A stretch of DNA of 51,782 nucleotides, from contig JALAGF010005169.1 of NCBI GenBank assembly GCA_030167865.1, positions 1 to 51,782 on the forward strand. The letters run 5' to 3'. How positions within the stretch are numbered: position 1 is the first letter of the stretch; each line of letters begins with the position of its first letter. Below the pieces are notes generated by a model, which was given only the letters and a program-made list of their open reading frames with translations, ran no database searches and had not been told where the DNA came from. Below, piece by piece: positions 20,929-33,309 of this stretch. Both the position numbers and the translations under genes were made by a program. The stretch comes from Craspedostauros australis. Its lineage: Eukaryota.

Positions 20929-23900
20929 ATGGCAAGCACGGACGGTGAAGCATCCGACTTCGTGGTTTCGTTGTCCGTGTCAGAGGTGGGGGCAGATTCA
21001 GCAACATTGCCAGAACAGGCACCCGATCTTGGCTCGTCCGTCGCCTCCATCGCGTTTGCTGAGGTGATCCCGTTGGTTCTGGCGGCTCAGCATCCCACTT
21101 CTGCATCAGCTTCTGCTGCATTGCGTGTTGATACCAACCAGCCACCACCATCGCTGGTCGCTCCAATCATCAAGTCGACGTTGCAGCAATGGACTCTGCA
21201 GTCCACCATCCAGCACACACGAGATGTGTTGAACGATGATGGACCTGCACCAGACGCAATAGACGTACCAGACAGTCAGATGCTGCCTCAGATTGGGATC
21301 ATTTGGTCCGCTGAGGAGGACGCGCAAGGTCTTCCAGAACCGAAGACTCCCGCCCCAACTGCCACGCACGCGCGAGGATATCTCTGCATCAAACGGCCGA
21401 AGCAAGGAAGTACGGAGTCCACACCACGCCAAGTCACGATGCACCGCACCTGCAACGATGGGCGCACTTCAACATCCACAGCGCCGCTCATCTTTCTGCC
21501 ACCCACCGACCCGACGCAACTGCAGGATGTGCCGTGCGTCATCCGACTGCATGCGCTGAGATCTCCCAACACCACTTGCGCCCGCATCGTCGGATCCACG
21601 TTGCTGCGGGTCCTCCCGGCATGCATTGCCTCGTTCGATGCGCAATATGACGCGCTGCCGCCCTGGTTCGTTGCACAGCAATACCAACAGCAGCTTCTCG
21701 ACGGCACTGGTGCCACAAGGCTTCCTTCGCAGCTGCGGCAACAGGTATTGTGCAACCACAATGAGGACACCGTCCGGGGCTTGGCAATGAGAATGGCATT
21801 GCAGCTGCAACGCGACGTGATCATCGGGACGACCGCCGACGCCCTTACCAACCGGAGTCTTCAACGACATCGAAATCATGGTATTCGCGCTGGATTGCGG
21901 CGGCTTGCCGCAGTGAAAGAAGGAGGCGCAGATCACAACAGCTCCAACGGTACTGCGCATCCAGTGCCACCGTCCTTCCTTGCACCCAACGCCGAGTCCA
22001 AATCACAGCAACTGCGTTGGGAGCCATCGCTTTTGGTGCACTCACCCCAGAGAGCATTCGGCAAAACGCTGCTGGTGCAAACCCTTGCCTTGGAACGGTT
22101 GCATTGTGGCCGCATCCACCTCATCGCTGTTCCTGCACTGCTGGCAAAGTACAGTGTGCAGGCTGATGCTGCCCTCGAGTCGCTGCTTCATTCCATCGTC
22201 ATCAGTGCAGCAGCCGCCAAGCAAAGGATATGCGTTATATTGGATCACATCGATGCGCTGCTTCCACCGCACATGTCGGGTGCACGAGGTCACGGCGATG
22301 CTGCGAATCCGGTGCTCAATGGCGTCGCAAATTATCTGCAAACACTGACACGCAGCATCCAAGAACGAAATGAATTCACGTTTCCAACCAGAAACAAACT
22401 CTACAACCCCGATGCCCGACACGGCGTTACATTCAAAGTCAACATGTGCCTCGTGGCCATTGTCACGTGCCCCGACGATGGCTGGCGCAAGCTCAATTCG
22501 AACGCCACATCACAGACGACATCAAAAGCGACGATGGCATCGTCAATCTTTGATGCCTTTCTGTGTGGCAGATTTCGCGTGCAAGACTTGTCCAACGCAA
22601 CACGCGCACGTGCACTCACGCGGGCCCTGACCCAGCGCGGATTGTCGGTGGATCCGAAAGACGTTGCACGGCTCGCGGCATCAGCGTCGTGGATGAAGGG
22701 CGGCGATTTCAGTCGCATTGCCACACGGTTGCATCATGTCACCTCAAGCTTCATCGACAAGGTGCCCATATCACTGTTGCAGGACGTCGTCAACTCTGCT
22801 CGCAACAAGAGCATCCGTTCGCTCAAGATTGATTTCGAAGCACGCCCCGACATATTGCCAGCAGCATCACCATCGTCGTCATCAGCAGCAGCAGTGCCAC
22901 CATCATCAACGAGGAACAGAAACAGTGATGCGGATGCGGATACAGATGGATATGAGAATGCGAGCACAGACCATCACCTGTTCGCGACCGTCGGTGGAAA
23001 CCAGGAGGCGAAGCGAGCTCTGAGTGACGCGCTTGCCCTGAGCCGAACAGCCAAGCTCCTGCTCAGAAGATTCCGCATGGCTGCACCAACCGGCATTATG
23101 CTATATGGCCCGCCGGGCACCGGCAAGACCCTGCTGGCAAAAGCTGTTGCTCGCATGCTGAAATCAAACGCGCCGCACAAGCTGCGAAGCGATGATTCTG
23201 CAGCGGCAGATCATGATGGTGCCTCGTTGCTGGGAGGTGCATTCATATCCTTGAAGTCCAGCGATATTGTGCAGGCGGAGATTGGCACAAGCGAGAAGCT
23301 CGTTCGGTCGGCATTCGAGGTGGCAAGGAAGAACTCACCCTCCGTCATCTTCATCGATGAATTCCAAGCCCTGTTCACCGAGCGAAATGCCGGCGGCAGC
23401 TCCAAGCTGGCAAGCGTCCTGCTGCAGTGCATGGATGACATCCAAAAGTGGAGATCGATCGATGACATGGCCAAGCGCGGCGATATGGATGGCGCGGACG
23501 CAGTCGCAGCTGGGGGACAAGGCTATCGCGATGGCACTGGCACTGATCCCAACGACGTCGATCAGTTTTCATCTCGAATCGTCGTCCTTGCAGCAACCAA
23601 TACACCTTGGATGGTGGACGGTGCCTTCCTGCGAGCAGGGAGATTTGATCGCGTCGTTCACGTCGGACTGCCATCCGAGGATGAACGAGTTTCCATCCTT
23701 CGTGTGCACATCAGCAGGATGAAGATTGAAGTGGTCGGCGACTATGGAAGCTGCTTGAACCACTTTTGCAGTACCCTTGCAAAGTGGACGGAAGGATTCA
23801 GCGGAGCTGACTTGGCAGCGTTATGCCGTGCAGCTGCTGTGCGGTGCGTGCTGTCCGCATCCTCTCATGACGGCCAACAATCGCATTCTATCTCGCAGCA

Positions 23901-24057
23901 ACAACAGCAGCAGCGACAACAGCAGCAGCAACAGCAGCAGTGGGATGATCGCAGCAACCGTGTTTCGCTGCATCATTTTGAGGACGTGATGAATGATGGC
24001 ATGAAAGCAAGCAGCAGCCCAAGTCTCGTCCAGCGGCTGCGAGATTGGAGTCCGTGA
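20929..24057 (+). CDS. Type II (double-ring) AAA+ ATPase of the CDC48/AFG2/PEX clade, 1042 aa, with a degenerate first AAA module
   Basis: D2 has GIMLYGPPGTGKT, Walker B VIFIDE, SRH AATNTPWMVDGAFLRAGRFDR and lid TEGFSGADLAALC. D1 remnant has LLVHSPQRAFGKT and VILDHID. The exact subfamily cannot be assigned by eye. Confidence 0.88.
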   Translation: MASTDGEASDFVVSLSVSEVGADSATLPEQAPDLGSSVASIAFAEVIPLVLAAQHPTSASASAALRVDTNQPPPSLVAPIIKSTLQQWTLQSTIQHTRDVLNDDGPAPDAIDVPDSQMLPQIGIIWSAEEDAQGLPEPKTPAPTATHARGYLCIKRPKQGSTESTPRQVTMHRTCNDGRTSTSTAPLIFLPPTDPTQLQDVPCVIRLHALRSPNTTCARIVGSTLLRVLPACIASFDAQYDALPPWFVAQQYQQQLLDGTGATRLPSQLRQQVLCNHNEDTVRGLAMRMALQLQRDVIIGTTADALTNRSLQRHRNHGIRAGLRRLAAVKEGGADHNSSNGTAHPVPPSFLAPNAESKSQQLRWEPSLLVHSPQRAFGKTLLVQTLALERLHCGRIHLIAVPALLAKYSVQADAALESLLHSIVISAAAAKQRICVILDHIDALLPPHMSGARGHGDAANPVLNGVANYLQTLTRSIQERNEFTFPTRNKLYNPDARHGVTFKVNMCLVAIVTCPDDGWRKLNSNATSQTTSKATMASSIFDAFLCGRFRVQDLSNATRARALTRALTQRGLSVDPKDVARLAASASWMKGGDFSRIATRLHHVTSSFIDKVPISLLQDVVNSARNKSIRSLKIDFEARPDILPAASPSSSSAAAVPPSSTRNRNSDADADTDGYENASTDHHLFATVGGNQEAKRALSDALALSRTAKLLLRRFRMAAPTGIMLYGPPGTGKTLLAKAVARMLKSNAPHKLRSDDSAAADHDGASLLGGAFISLKSSDIVQAEIGTSEKLVRSAFEVARKNSPSVIFIDEFQALFTERNAGGSSKLASVLLQCMDDIQKWRSIDDMAKRGDMDGADAVAAGGQGYRDGTGTDPNDVDQFSSRIVVLAATNTPWMVDGAFLRAGRFDRVVHVGLPSEDERVSILRVHISRMKIEVVGDYGSCLNHFCSTLAKWTEGFSGADLAALCRAAAVRCVLSASSHDGQQSHSISQQQQQQRQQQQQQQQWDDRSNRVSLHHFEDVMNDGMKASSSPSLVQRLRDWSP

Positions 24058-24320
24058 TGAGATGCCGTGGTCCCCATGCCTCTCCTTTCCACGCGATGTC
24101 GAGGCATCGCATCTCATCCGTCCACCAGTCCATCCATCCAACCGTCCTCTGTGCTCAAGTAATCACGTTCAGCAACGCCAAGATACCAAACAACGAGAGT
24201 ACATGGGGCAGAGACTTTTTCTTTAGCTGCACCATAAAGACACTAATTTACCGCATTGTGTTGCTGTTCATGGCTCATCGTGTTGCACGAGTACTACACG
24301 CGTACCACATCTCCATTCCC

Positions 24321-27300
24321 TCATTCATCAAAGTACCACGCATTTCTCACATCCACAGCTGCCTGTCTCAGAACGCTAGATGGGTGATTCAGCGCCGTTC
24401 CCAACAAGGAAATCACAGCTGGCCTCAGTTCGGTCGCGTCACCGCGGTTGTCCGCCAACGCTTTGCCAATCAATTCCAATGCCTGCAACGCAAGCACCTT
24501 CGCTGCCACACCTTCGTCTGGATAAGTTGTGGCGTACGATCTGAGGATTCCTCGCACCAGAGTGAGTCTGTCTGGCAACTGTGTGATGATTGAGCAAGTA
24601 TCCCAAGGCGTTCGTTTCATTCGGGAAATCGCGATTCAAACAGGCAAGGCGAGCAGAAATTCCGAAGTACATGGAATTTGCGTGTCAGACTCATAGCATT
24701 GGGCAATCCACCGACTCTAATACGCGCTCAAATCAAATCAAGTCAAATCAATTTGCACCGGTCATGATTCAACACCGCAAACAATCGCAACAGTGAGCAA
24801 AATAACAAGCATTACAGGGCCAACCTCCTGCCGACTTACCTGCCGTGTTGTCAAGGCGATCATCTTGGTGAGGGCAGCAAGGATGAGTAGTCTCAGCTTC
24901 CTTGCTGCGTTGGGTTGGAAGGCCCGCAGCGCATCAAAATCAAGGAACAGTCCACTCAGCACTTGCTTCGCCAAGTTCTGCACAGTGGCGGGAGGCATTT
25001 TGTCGATGCTCCCACAGCAAACGATGTGGCATGTCGTTGCCACGGCACCGAAGTTATGCGCTTTCGACGCAGCACCGGCAGCCGCAGTGTCTGCCGTTGC
25101 CAGCTTCTGAATTTGTTTGGTCGCCGCATGGGAGAGCCGCTGCTTGGTGAAGGGTGACATGGACCTCAATGACATGACGCTGCCAAAAGATGACGCAGCT
25201 TCAAGCATGTACTCTACCTGATTGTCCTGGTCTGTAACATCGAGGATGGCTGACTTTGAATCCGTCGCCGTGGCGCCCACGGTGTTTGCCTTTCCAGTGC
25301 ACGCAATGCCAACCAAGAACCGAACCAAGGCATCTGCGGTGGGTGACGAGCTTCCACCTCTCGATGCTGCAGCAGAGGTCTGTCCATTGGGTGAAAAAAG
25401 ACAGCGTCCGTAATGCAAGCGCAGCAGCAGCAGTAACAACAACGACGGCAGGAGAAACGTAATGTGTGAGTGTGAATGCAATGTACTTGTGAGTGGTAGT
25501 CGCATTCTCTGCCAATAGTTGCCAAAATATAAACAACAGCGACGAAAGCAAAAACAAGCGGTAACAATATCCGTGTCGATTGCCACAGTTTCACAACATG
25601 AACCATCAAGAGTTGCGAAATGGCTTACCAATAGACCAATCAGACGGAAGGTTGCCTGATTGGATGATTGCACGCCGAAGTTCTTGGTCGTGAGGGATTG
25701 CGAGTCTTGCCTCTGCGCCAACAGAATGACATCGTCGCAGATCTTGATCACAGGACAGGGTTGCGCTTTCGGCGTCTTTCGAAGGATGAGATGCAGGCAA
25801 GAGACGGCGGCATTCTTCGCCCCGAGAGCTGTCTGGTCATCCGAAAGCGCGAAGCTGACCAGCTCGTCGGTCATTTGGAGGAGCGTTGTCTGTGCCGTGG
25901 CGGTGGTAGCGGAATTGGCTTCAGTCGTCGAACTTTGCGAATCCCAAGAAGTCTCGTCAGCATTCAATGCTGCGGCCAGCAACGGCAGCAACATTCCGAG
26001 GGTGAGGCTATCGCTGGGGGACAGTGGCGGAAGCACGTTGGAAACCTTCGTGACAAGGAGCTTCATGGCCTTTGCGCTGATGGAATTTGAGTATGCAGGG
26101 ATCATGCATCGCGCGATATTGATGGAGGCCATGTCGGACCGTTGCGTTTTGAGCTGCTCTTCCGGAGGTGCAGGCAATGCCAGGCTGTCCACGCTGTCGA
26201 TGAGCTCGCCCTGCGCGGTCGGTCTGGCAGTCATTAACTCCAGAACATCCACGGACGATGGCGAGCTGCACTGGTGAAATGCGGTGCAAACCATCGCGCC
26301 TCCCTTTTGCAATGCGAAGGACAGGGCATGTGCGCACTCCTGGGTGGCATCATCATCAGATCCCGCTTGCTGCAGGGTTGTTTTTAGCATGGTGAGGAGC
26401 CTCGACATGATGGTCTTCGCAGCATGCGTATTGCATGCGCAGGCAAGCGCCAGCGTCTTTCTGCTGGACTGCGCCTTGGCAACATGCTGGTTGAACGGCC
26501 TTTCGCAGGCTGATTGCAGCAGCTTTGCCAAAATGTTGCTTTCTACGAAGTCGCGAACCTCGTCACACGACAAGACGGTCGGAGTGTGTGCGGGACTTGA
26601 CTCCTTGTCACCCTGCGCATCATCCAGGCTGTAGCCGACGGTGTAACCCAATGTCGCCGTGCATGCGCCCAACCATTCTTTGGAGCCTGCCGTGTCATTT
26701 TCGCTGTCGTTTTCGCCATCAGTACTGGATTGTTTGCTGGACGCTTGCAGCGCCTCTGATGTCAGTACGACATCCGCGATGCTTTTAAGGAAGTCGCAGA
26801 TTGCAGCAATTTCGGCTGATTCAAACATCTCCTTTGGACTGGAAACCAAAACAGACTCCATGGTCCGCGCAGCTGCAACGTAAATTGGTGTCATGGATGC
26901 AACGTATTCGTATTTCAACGAGGCACCGTTCACATCACCATCGCCGGTACCACTGCTGCCATCTCCCACACTCTTGCTCGTGGGGAACGGAAGCATCTGG
27001 CGCAATGCGTGAAAGACTGGCGCGCTCAGCTTGTCCATCGGATGAGGGTGGAGTGCTATGCCCTCGCTGGCGGCACGCTGCATCGCCACTCTGCTGGCCG
27101 AAAAGAAGGCCCCAATGCCGTAGCATGAAGCCACCAGGTTTTCTGTGCTCATGCGTCGTTCCGTTGCGATTGCGACCAACGGAGCGAGACCCTTGGCGAG
27201 GCAGGCACGCAGCGTGCCGGGTCCGCCGCAGGATTGCAGGCAGGCGAGGTAGGCGATGCTCGTTTTGCAGGTGGCGGGCGATGCCTTGATGGCTCTCGAC

Positions 27301-29057
27301 AGAGAAGATGCGGCGTCATCCACGAAGACTGCCCATGATCTGCCTCCGTTCTTTCCCGAGCAGCGCTCCAGCCCAAATGCCAGCTTCGAGACGAAGGAGC
27401 GCGTTTTCTCAGCCAGTAGCTTGTTTTCGTCGATGTGACTCGTGCTGTTGGCGACAGCGAGGGATGCGTCGTCATGCACGTTGACGCATGCCTTCGCAAG
27501 TAGTCCGCATGTGTTGACGAGCAGATGTTCGCACTGATCACTGCCAGACTGCGTGCGAGCCGCAAAGATCAATTCGTGCAGCGCGTCCAATGCTTCCAGC
27601 TGTTCAAACACAGACGGTGGCTCGTCGTCCTGTTCCATTGTTGGCGGCAAGAGCTGCTCGAGGAACAGCCCGGCACTGAGATCGAGCATGGCATGTTGCG
27701 AATGGGATCTTGAATTGTCGTCAAAGTCCGTGAAGTGGAGCACGGACATCAATGCATCGTGGAGTCCCTCTCTTGTGATGCCGTAGGGGTTGTTGGGTGG
27801 CGGTGTGAACTGAATTGGGAAGTACGGCGCGACCGCATCGAATACGTCCGATGATGGGAAGGTACCGTCGGATGACTGCGACTTGCAAAGGAAGGTGGCG
27901 AATGAAGATTGCAACGAGTTGAGCAACTTCAGGAGCTGCAGTAAACAGCGTGGATCGGATTCACCGTGAAGGCAAGACGCCGCGAAGCTGCAGAACTTGG
28001 ACACCTGTTGCTGCAGGTCATTGACGATGCGAGAGTTGTCACTGCTGGCGCCACTGCCAGTGTCGCTGTTCTTGTCGTTGTCGTTATTGCCGGTGTTGTG
28101 ATTGGTAGCGTCATTGGTGGGGCCGTGTATTCTGCTCTCCAATGCGAGAAGCAAGTGAGATGAGACATCAATTGCGCCCTGCACCAGGTTGAAGCAGAGT
28201 GTGCGCTTTGACCTCGGCAGGTGGGACAGACCGCTGCGGAAGTCATCTGCCTTGTCGGGATGGTCACCAAATCCGTAATCATCTTCCATGCGCACATCAT
28301 CGTCGCCAAAATCATCTGCTGGCAAGGCACAACGTCGTTTTACGCCCTGCTGCGCTGCGTCAATCCGAATGGTCACGGCAGTGGATAAATCATTTATTAT
28401 GCTTGTATTGTCAGCTGCGTTGCCATGGCTGTTGGACGCCGCAACCATTGGATCGTCGGCTTCTTTTGGCATCCGAATTGTGCAGGGAATGGAGATGAGG
28501 ACGGTGAGGGCTTGCATCGCCACATCCCGGATCTGCTCATCCAGATCATCGCCCGAGCCATCGTCCTGTATGGGACCGCTGTGGTTGAGAAGAAAGGCAG
28601 AGAGCAGCTTGGCGAGATCGTTGGAAAGCGTAGCCGTCTTGCATCCCTCCAGCGCGCCGAGGAAGACGTTCAAGGCGCAGATGCGGGTCTGATGCGTCGA
28701 TGATGGTCCCGCGAACGCTGGTGCGAGCTCCTTGATGGTCGTTGCCAGCATATCCTCATGCAGCGCCCGCTGTGCCGCTGCATTTCCATTCCTGCCTCCG
28801 CTGTTGCTGTCCGACCCAGCGGAGAGCTGACCGGAGACAGCGCGCGCCACCTGGACAAAGCAGCCCCTCGCTGATGCGCGCAGATCTTCTCGCTTGCTCA
28901 TGGTCGAGATTGGTTCGTCTTGCAGACACTTCGACACCCAGCCCTTGATCTGGGTCATGGTCGATGCGAACAGCGTCCCCATGTCTGCGTCTGCATCTGT
29001 GGTGACGCCATCATGGGTCTTACCATGGGTCTGCGAGTGAGATCCGTTGCTGTCCAT
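24321..29057 (-). CDS. MMS19: MMS19/MET18, CIA targeting-complex HEAT scaffold, about 1408 aa; exons 29057-25629, 25379-24840, 24578-24321
   Basis: MMS19_N signature GESDPRCLL..VFDAVAPYFPIQFTPPPNNPYGITREGL and C-terminal motif ALNHPSSVLRQAAVDVRNAW. GTAAG..CAG introns at 25628-25380 and 24839-24579, both phase 0. Confidence 0.9.
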
Positions 29058-30457
29058 CGTCCTACAGCACCAGCGTACTCGAGTACTTGACTCGTATTTA
29101 TAATGGAGTGGATTTCACGTCCGAAGCAATGCCGATCGCCTCAACCTTGAGTTTGGTATGGTGTGGTGTGGTGTGGTATGAAGGCTGCACTCGACGTTGG
29201 TGCCTTGTCGCCTCGTCTCTCTTTGTTGTCTCTTCTCTTGCTTTGGTGTGTTCCTTGTTCGGCCACAGGAACAGGTGGAAGCTGCGGTCGTGTCTGTTTT
29301 GTGGTGGTGTGTTGTGTTGCGTGTTCGTGGTTGCGCGCATTCTTGCATCGCATCGCTCTGGATTCGGTTTGGTTTGGGATCTTGTGTTCTGGGATCTGAA
29401 TCGAATTGTTTGGTTCACATCGATTTCATGCTGACGTCAAAGGGGATCCATTCCGCTGATCGAACATGCAGATGACACAATCTAATCCGTTGAGTCCATG
29501 GACTCCATTGTGTTCTTTCATTTTCGGTCAGAATCGGAGTTCGGTTGGTTCAGGCTTTCTCATTGGCTGATGTACGCAGTACTAATTGTACTTCGAAGTT
29601 CTACTTACGAAGATTTGCTACCAATTTATGCTTGGGCAGTAAACAGGCTAGTTATCCGGTACTCGGGTTCCTCGACGCTTCGTATCGGCCCTTCGATACG
29701 CAGTTTGTGTGTACAAAGGCTGACGCGGACACTTCAACTGTGAATGGAAATTGAACAGCAAGACCAGGGAGCATGTGTTGTTAAGCAGTGGCCGGGAATG
29801 GTGTCGCAGTGACAAAATTCTCAATCGGCGTTTCGGAGGTTTGGTCAAACACAGTGGGTCGATTCGTGGTTGGGAAACTGAAAGATTGCACGGAGGCGGA
29901 ATGGGATTGCGGCAGACATCGGTGAAGACGAAACGGAGCAACGATGGTCAAACCGGTGTTGGGCGCGACCGCAGCGACCAACAACGGTGGCAAAGACGCT
30001 CCGTTGCTGGTTTGCTTCCTTGATACCGGTGGTGCGGATGGCGAATGGTCCACATGTATCGGTGTGGGAGTGGGGACCTTTCCGGGCACGACAGCGAACA
30101 TGGGGACGAGCGCGTGTGTGCATCTGATTCTGGTATTTATCTGTATTTAGTTAGAGTATGGTCGAGTATGGTGTCGTGTTGGTAGAGCGGCCTTGGTTGC
30201 TGCTCTGGTTGTGGCCGCAGCCGCCGCTTGCCGCCTGCTGTTCACATGATCCGCCTGCCATGCGGATCCCAGAGGACTTGGATGCTAGTTCCTATTGCTG
30301 GTTGATGTGGTGGTCGTGTTGATGATGCTTGCCCCAAAATTAGTGTCATCTAGAATACATGTTGTTGTTGTTGTTGCGCTGTTGCTGTGTCGTCTTGGAT
30401 GCAATGTAGCAGTGTGCAGGTGTGCAGTGCGGTCCAGCGCATCGCCGGGCCTGGCGA

Positions 30458-31678
30458 TTATCTGATCTGGAGGATGCATCGCTCGGATGCCTGCATGAGC
30501 TCCTTGTGTCGTGACTGGCCGACCTTCAGTGATGCCTCGAAGGCTTCGTTGAGCTCCATGGTGTCGTGGTCTCCCTTGACGAAGTGCTCCAGGCATTTGG
30601 CGGACATGAGGGCGGCACGGGGTCGCTGCTCTGCCTCTCTGAGGTCCTCGAGGAGTCTGCTGCGCAATTCGGATCGGACGAACTCTGGGACGCTTCCGGT
30701 GCTCTGGAGGGAGTGTGCCAGGACGCCGAGGCCCATTATCCGCAGGTTGGTGGCGGTCTCGTCGTCGTGGCTCGGTCTGGAGAGGATGTACTGCAGGACC
30801 TTGGCGCCGACCTCGCTGGTCTCGCGCATGATCTCGTTGCTGACTGCCTTCGACGTCTGCTTGCCCATCTTGACGGGGTCGACCAGCGACGACAGCGTCT
30901 GCATGCCCAGGACCTGGTCTTCCTGCTGTCTGAAGCTGAGGATCTTGGAGATCATGACGAGAGATGATGTGCTGGAGGTGGCGTGCGGGATGTCGTCGTC
31001 CTCTTCTTCGTCGTCGTAGACCATGGGCAGGGCGTTCATGGAGTGCGATGGCGGGGTGGTCTTCTTGCCCTCGGCGGCATCCAGGATGGCCTGGACGTGC
31101 TGGTGGAAGCCAATGGAGACGCCGTCGCGTCGCTGCACTTCCACGATGATGCCGTGGCTGTACTTGTCGCGGCCGCTGTAGAGCTTGACTCGGAAGTTGA
31201 CGCCGTCGGTGGTGTTGCAGGTCACCTTGGCCATGTCATCGTCGTAGGCGGCCTCGATGGATCGCTCACGGAGGACGCCGCTGACACGCTCTGCGACGAG
31301 GCCCGGTGTGCTGTGGGGGACGAAGACTGCGGTCTTCTCGAGGGTGTACATCTGGGGGAGCTGCGGCACCGAGTGCAGCTGCCACTTGTACACCGCTGGT
31401 TGGCTTGGGGCTGCTGGCATCTGCATCATGGGAGCGGCCTTCATGGGGGCAGTGTTGATCTGTCCGCCGAATCCCGCTGGCATCTGCATGCTGCTGGTGC
31501 CGCCTGGGAGCTGGAATGGCATGGGCATGGCGCCGAAGTTTGGCGAGACCATGCTGGGGGCTGGGGCTCCGCGTCCGCCCACGCGACGGGTCACCTCCTC
31601 GATGTCATCGTCCATCATCTTCTTGATGGTCGGGACTGGCTTCTTGCCATTATTGTTGTTGTTGTTGTTACCGCTCAT
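30458..31678 (-). CDS. Kinase-less KA1-like domain protein with helical C-terminal region, 406 aa
   Basis: Likely start is ATG 31678 (MSGNNNN). M/P/Q-rich N-terminus, then a KA1-like alpha/beta pattern ending IIVEVQRRDGVSIGFHQHVQAIL, then ARM-like helices. Strong codon bias. Confidence 0.75.
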   Translation of the reverse strand: MSGNNNNNNNGKKPVPTIKKMMDDDIEEVTRRVGGRGAPAPSMVSPNFGAMPMPFQLPGGTSSMQMPAGFGGQINTAPMKAAPMMQMPAAPSQPAVYKWQLHSVPQLPQMYTLEKTAVFVPHSTPGLVAERVSGVLRERSIEAAYDDDMAKVTCNTTDGVNFRVKLYSGRDKYSHGIIVEVQRRDGVSIGFHQHVQAILDAAEGKKTTPPSHSMNALPMVYDDEEEDDDIPHATSSTSSLVMISKILSFRQQEDQVLGMQTLSSLVDPVKMGKQTSKAVSNEIMRETSEVGAKVLQYILSRPSHDDETATNLRIMGLGVLAHSLQSTGSVPEFVRSELRSRLLEDLREAEQRPRAALMSAKCLEHFVKGDHDTMELNEAFEASLKVGQSRHKELMQASERCILQIR

Positions 31679-33290
31679 GATGATGTTGTCGATGTTGTCC
31701 TTGTTGTTGTTTGTGTGTGTGTGTTTGCGATTGCGCGATTGATTCGTTTCTGTCTTTCTGTGATCCTCCTGTGATGTCTGTTGGTTGTTGCTTCTGCGAT
31801 CCTCCTTTGATGCTGGTGTCTGTGTCCGTTTCAATGCCTATTGCTTCTCCGTCTCTGTCTTCGTTGCCTTGATTTGCTCTGCTACGCTCTACTGTGTTTC
31901 TCAAGATCGATCTCAAACAGGACAAGGTCGTAGCTGTGGTTGTGGTTGGTGGCTGCTGTTGGTGCTGTTGCCGTTTGGTTGGGTTGTGGGTTGTGTGTGG
32001 TTGCGTTTGGTGCTGGAAAATAATTGTGTGCTGGTGTGGTGCTTTTTTGCTTTTCTGCTCCCGCCTTGTGCTCGGCGCTGCTGTGGTGCGCGAGAAGTCT
32101 CGCGAGAGAGGCCCCAAACTCATTTTGCTGGTAACCATTACGTGCTGCGCGAGCAGTTAAGTTACTGCGCACGTGGCCGCGATGAAACAGGTGCACAGAT
32201 ACGACTACGAACAGCGCCTCCCCGGCAAGAAATTAACGCGAGAACAACACGCTCACGCCAAACCAACCAGTACCATTTTGGGCCGTGCGCCACACAGACA
32301 TGCCAAGAATCGTGTCGCGTTGCGTGCAGAATCGAGGTTGTTTGCTTCGCTGCTGTGCCACTCAACCCGTACTATTACGCGTAATCCCCACGACAGAAGT
32401 GCAGCGTTCTGCTGGCGCTGCCTGGTTGTCGTGAGAAATCGAGAGAGACAGAAGAAGCCAAAACCACGACGATGTCACACACAAGCGAAACAAAACAAAG
32501 GCAAGGAAGGAAAAAACCACCAAGGGGAAGGAGTTGTCACACCAAAAACAAGACCAAAGGGAGACATGCCAACTGTGAATCAACCACCCTGCGACAAGGT
32601 GCGACACGATGAGAGAACAAGTCAGATAAAACAGTGTGATTAGGGAACGTCTGGCCGTTGTACCTATGCGCGTTCGGCATTTCTCGTGACAGCGCGGTAC
32701 TCATGCGGTCACTGCGACACGGCCTCTCACAGATGCTACTTTCTTCTGTCGTGGTTCCTACGCTCGTGAAGTACTGAAATAGCCCTTAGCATTCCCCAAC
32801 ACGGCTTTTCTTCTTATCCGAACACACGGTACACTGTTGTTTTCGGCCGCTCGTTCTATCACCAGTGAGCACGAAGAGGGAGACATCAAGAACCGCTCCA
32901 GACAACAAAAAGCCACGAGGCCGTTCGTCAGGTACAAAATCCACTTAATAGCTATCACGCCAATTATGTCTTAGAGACGTCATAGAGACATTAAACACAT
33001 ATGAATCAAGGAGAATAGCGGTGGGCCCAAACCAATCTTCTTGGTCGAACGCTGAGCGCCCAAACGCAGCCGATCACATTTCGCAGAATTCTGTTCCGCT
33101 GGACCGCAGTAAAGCAATCTTCCTGTCACAGATGAAGGTTGGTTGCTGGGCTACATACTGACGCGTAATGCGCTATGATGTCGGCGCAACTTCGCCATTG
33201 CTGTGTGCACTCTCCATCCTTTGGAAGTGGGCGACGACCTCGATGAACACACCATAAGAACACCAGCCAAATGAGCAGTCGGGGAAGCCA

Positions 33291-33309
33291 GAGAGAGAGA
33301 GAGAGAGAG
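33291..33309. repeat. (GA)n microsatellite
   Basis: Seen directly in the sequence. Confidence 0.9.
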
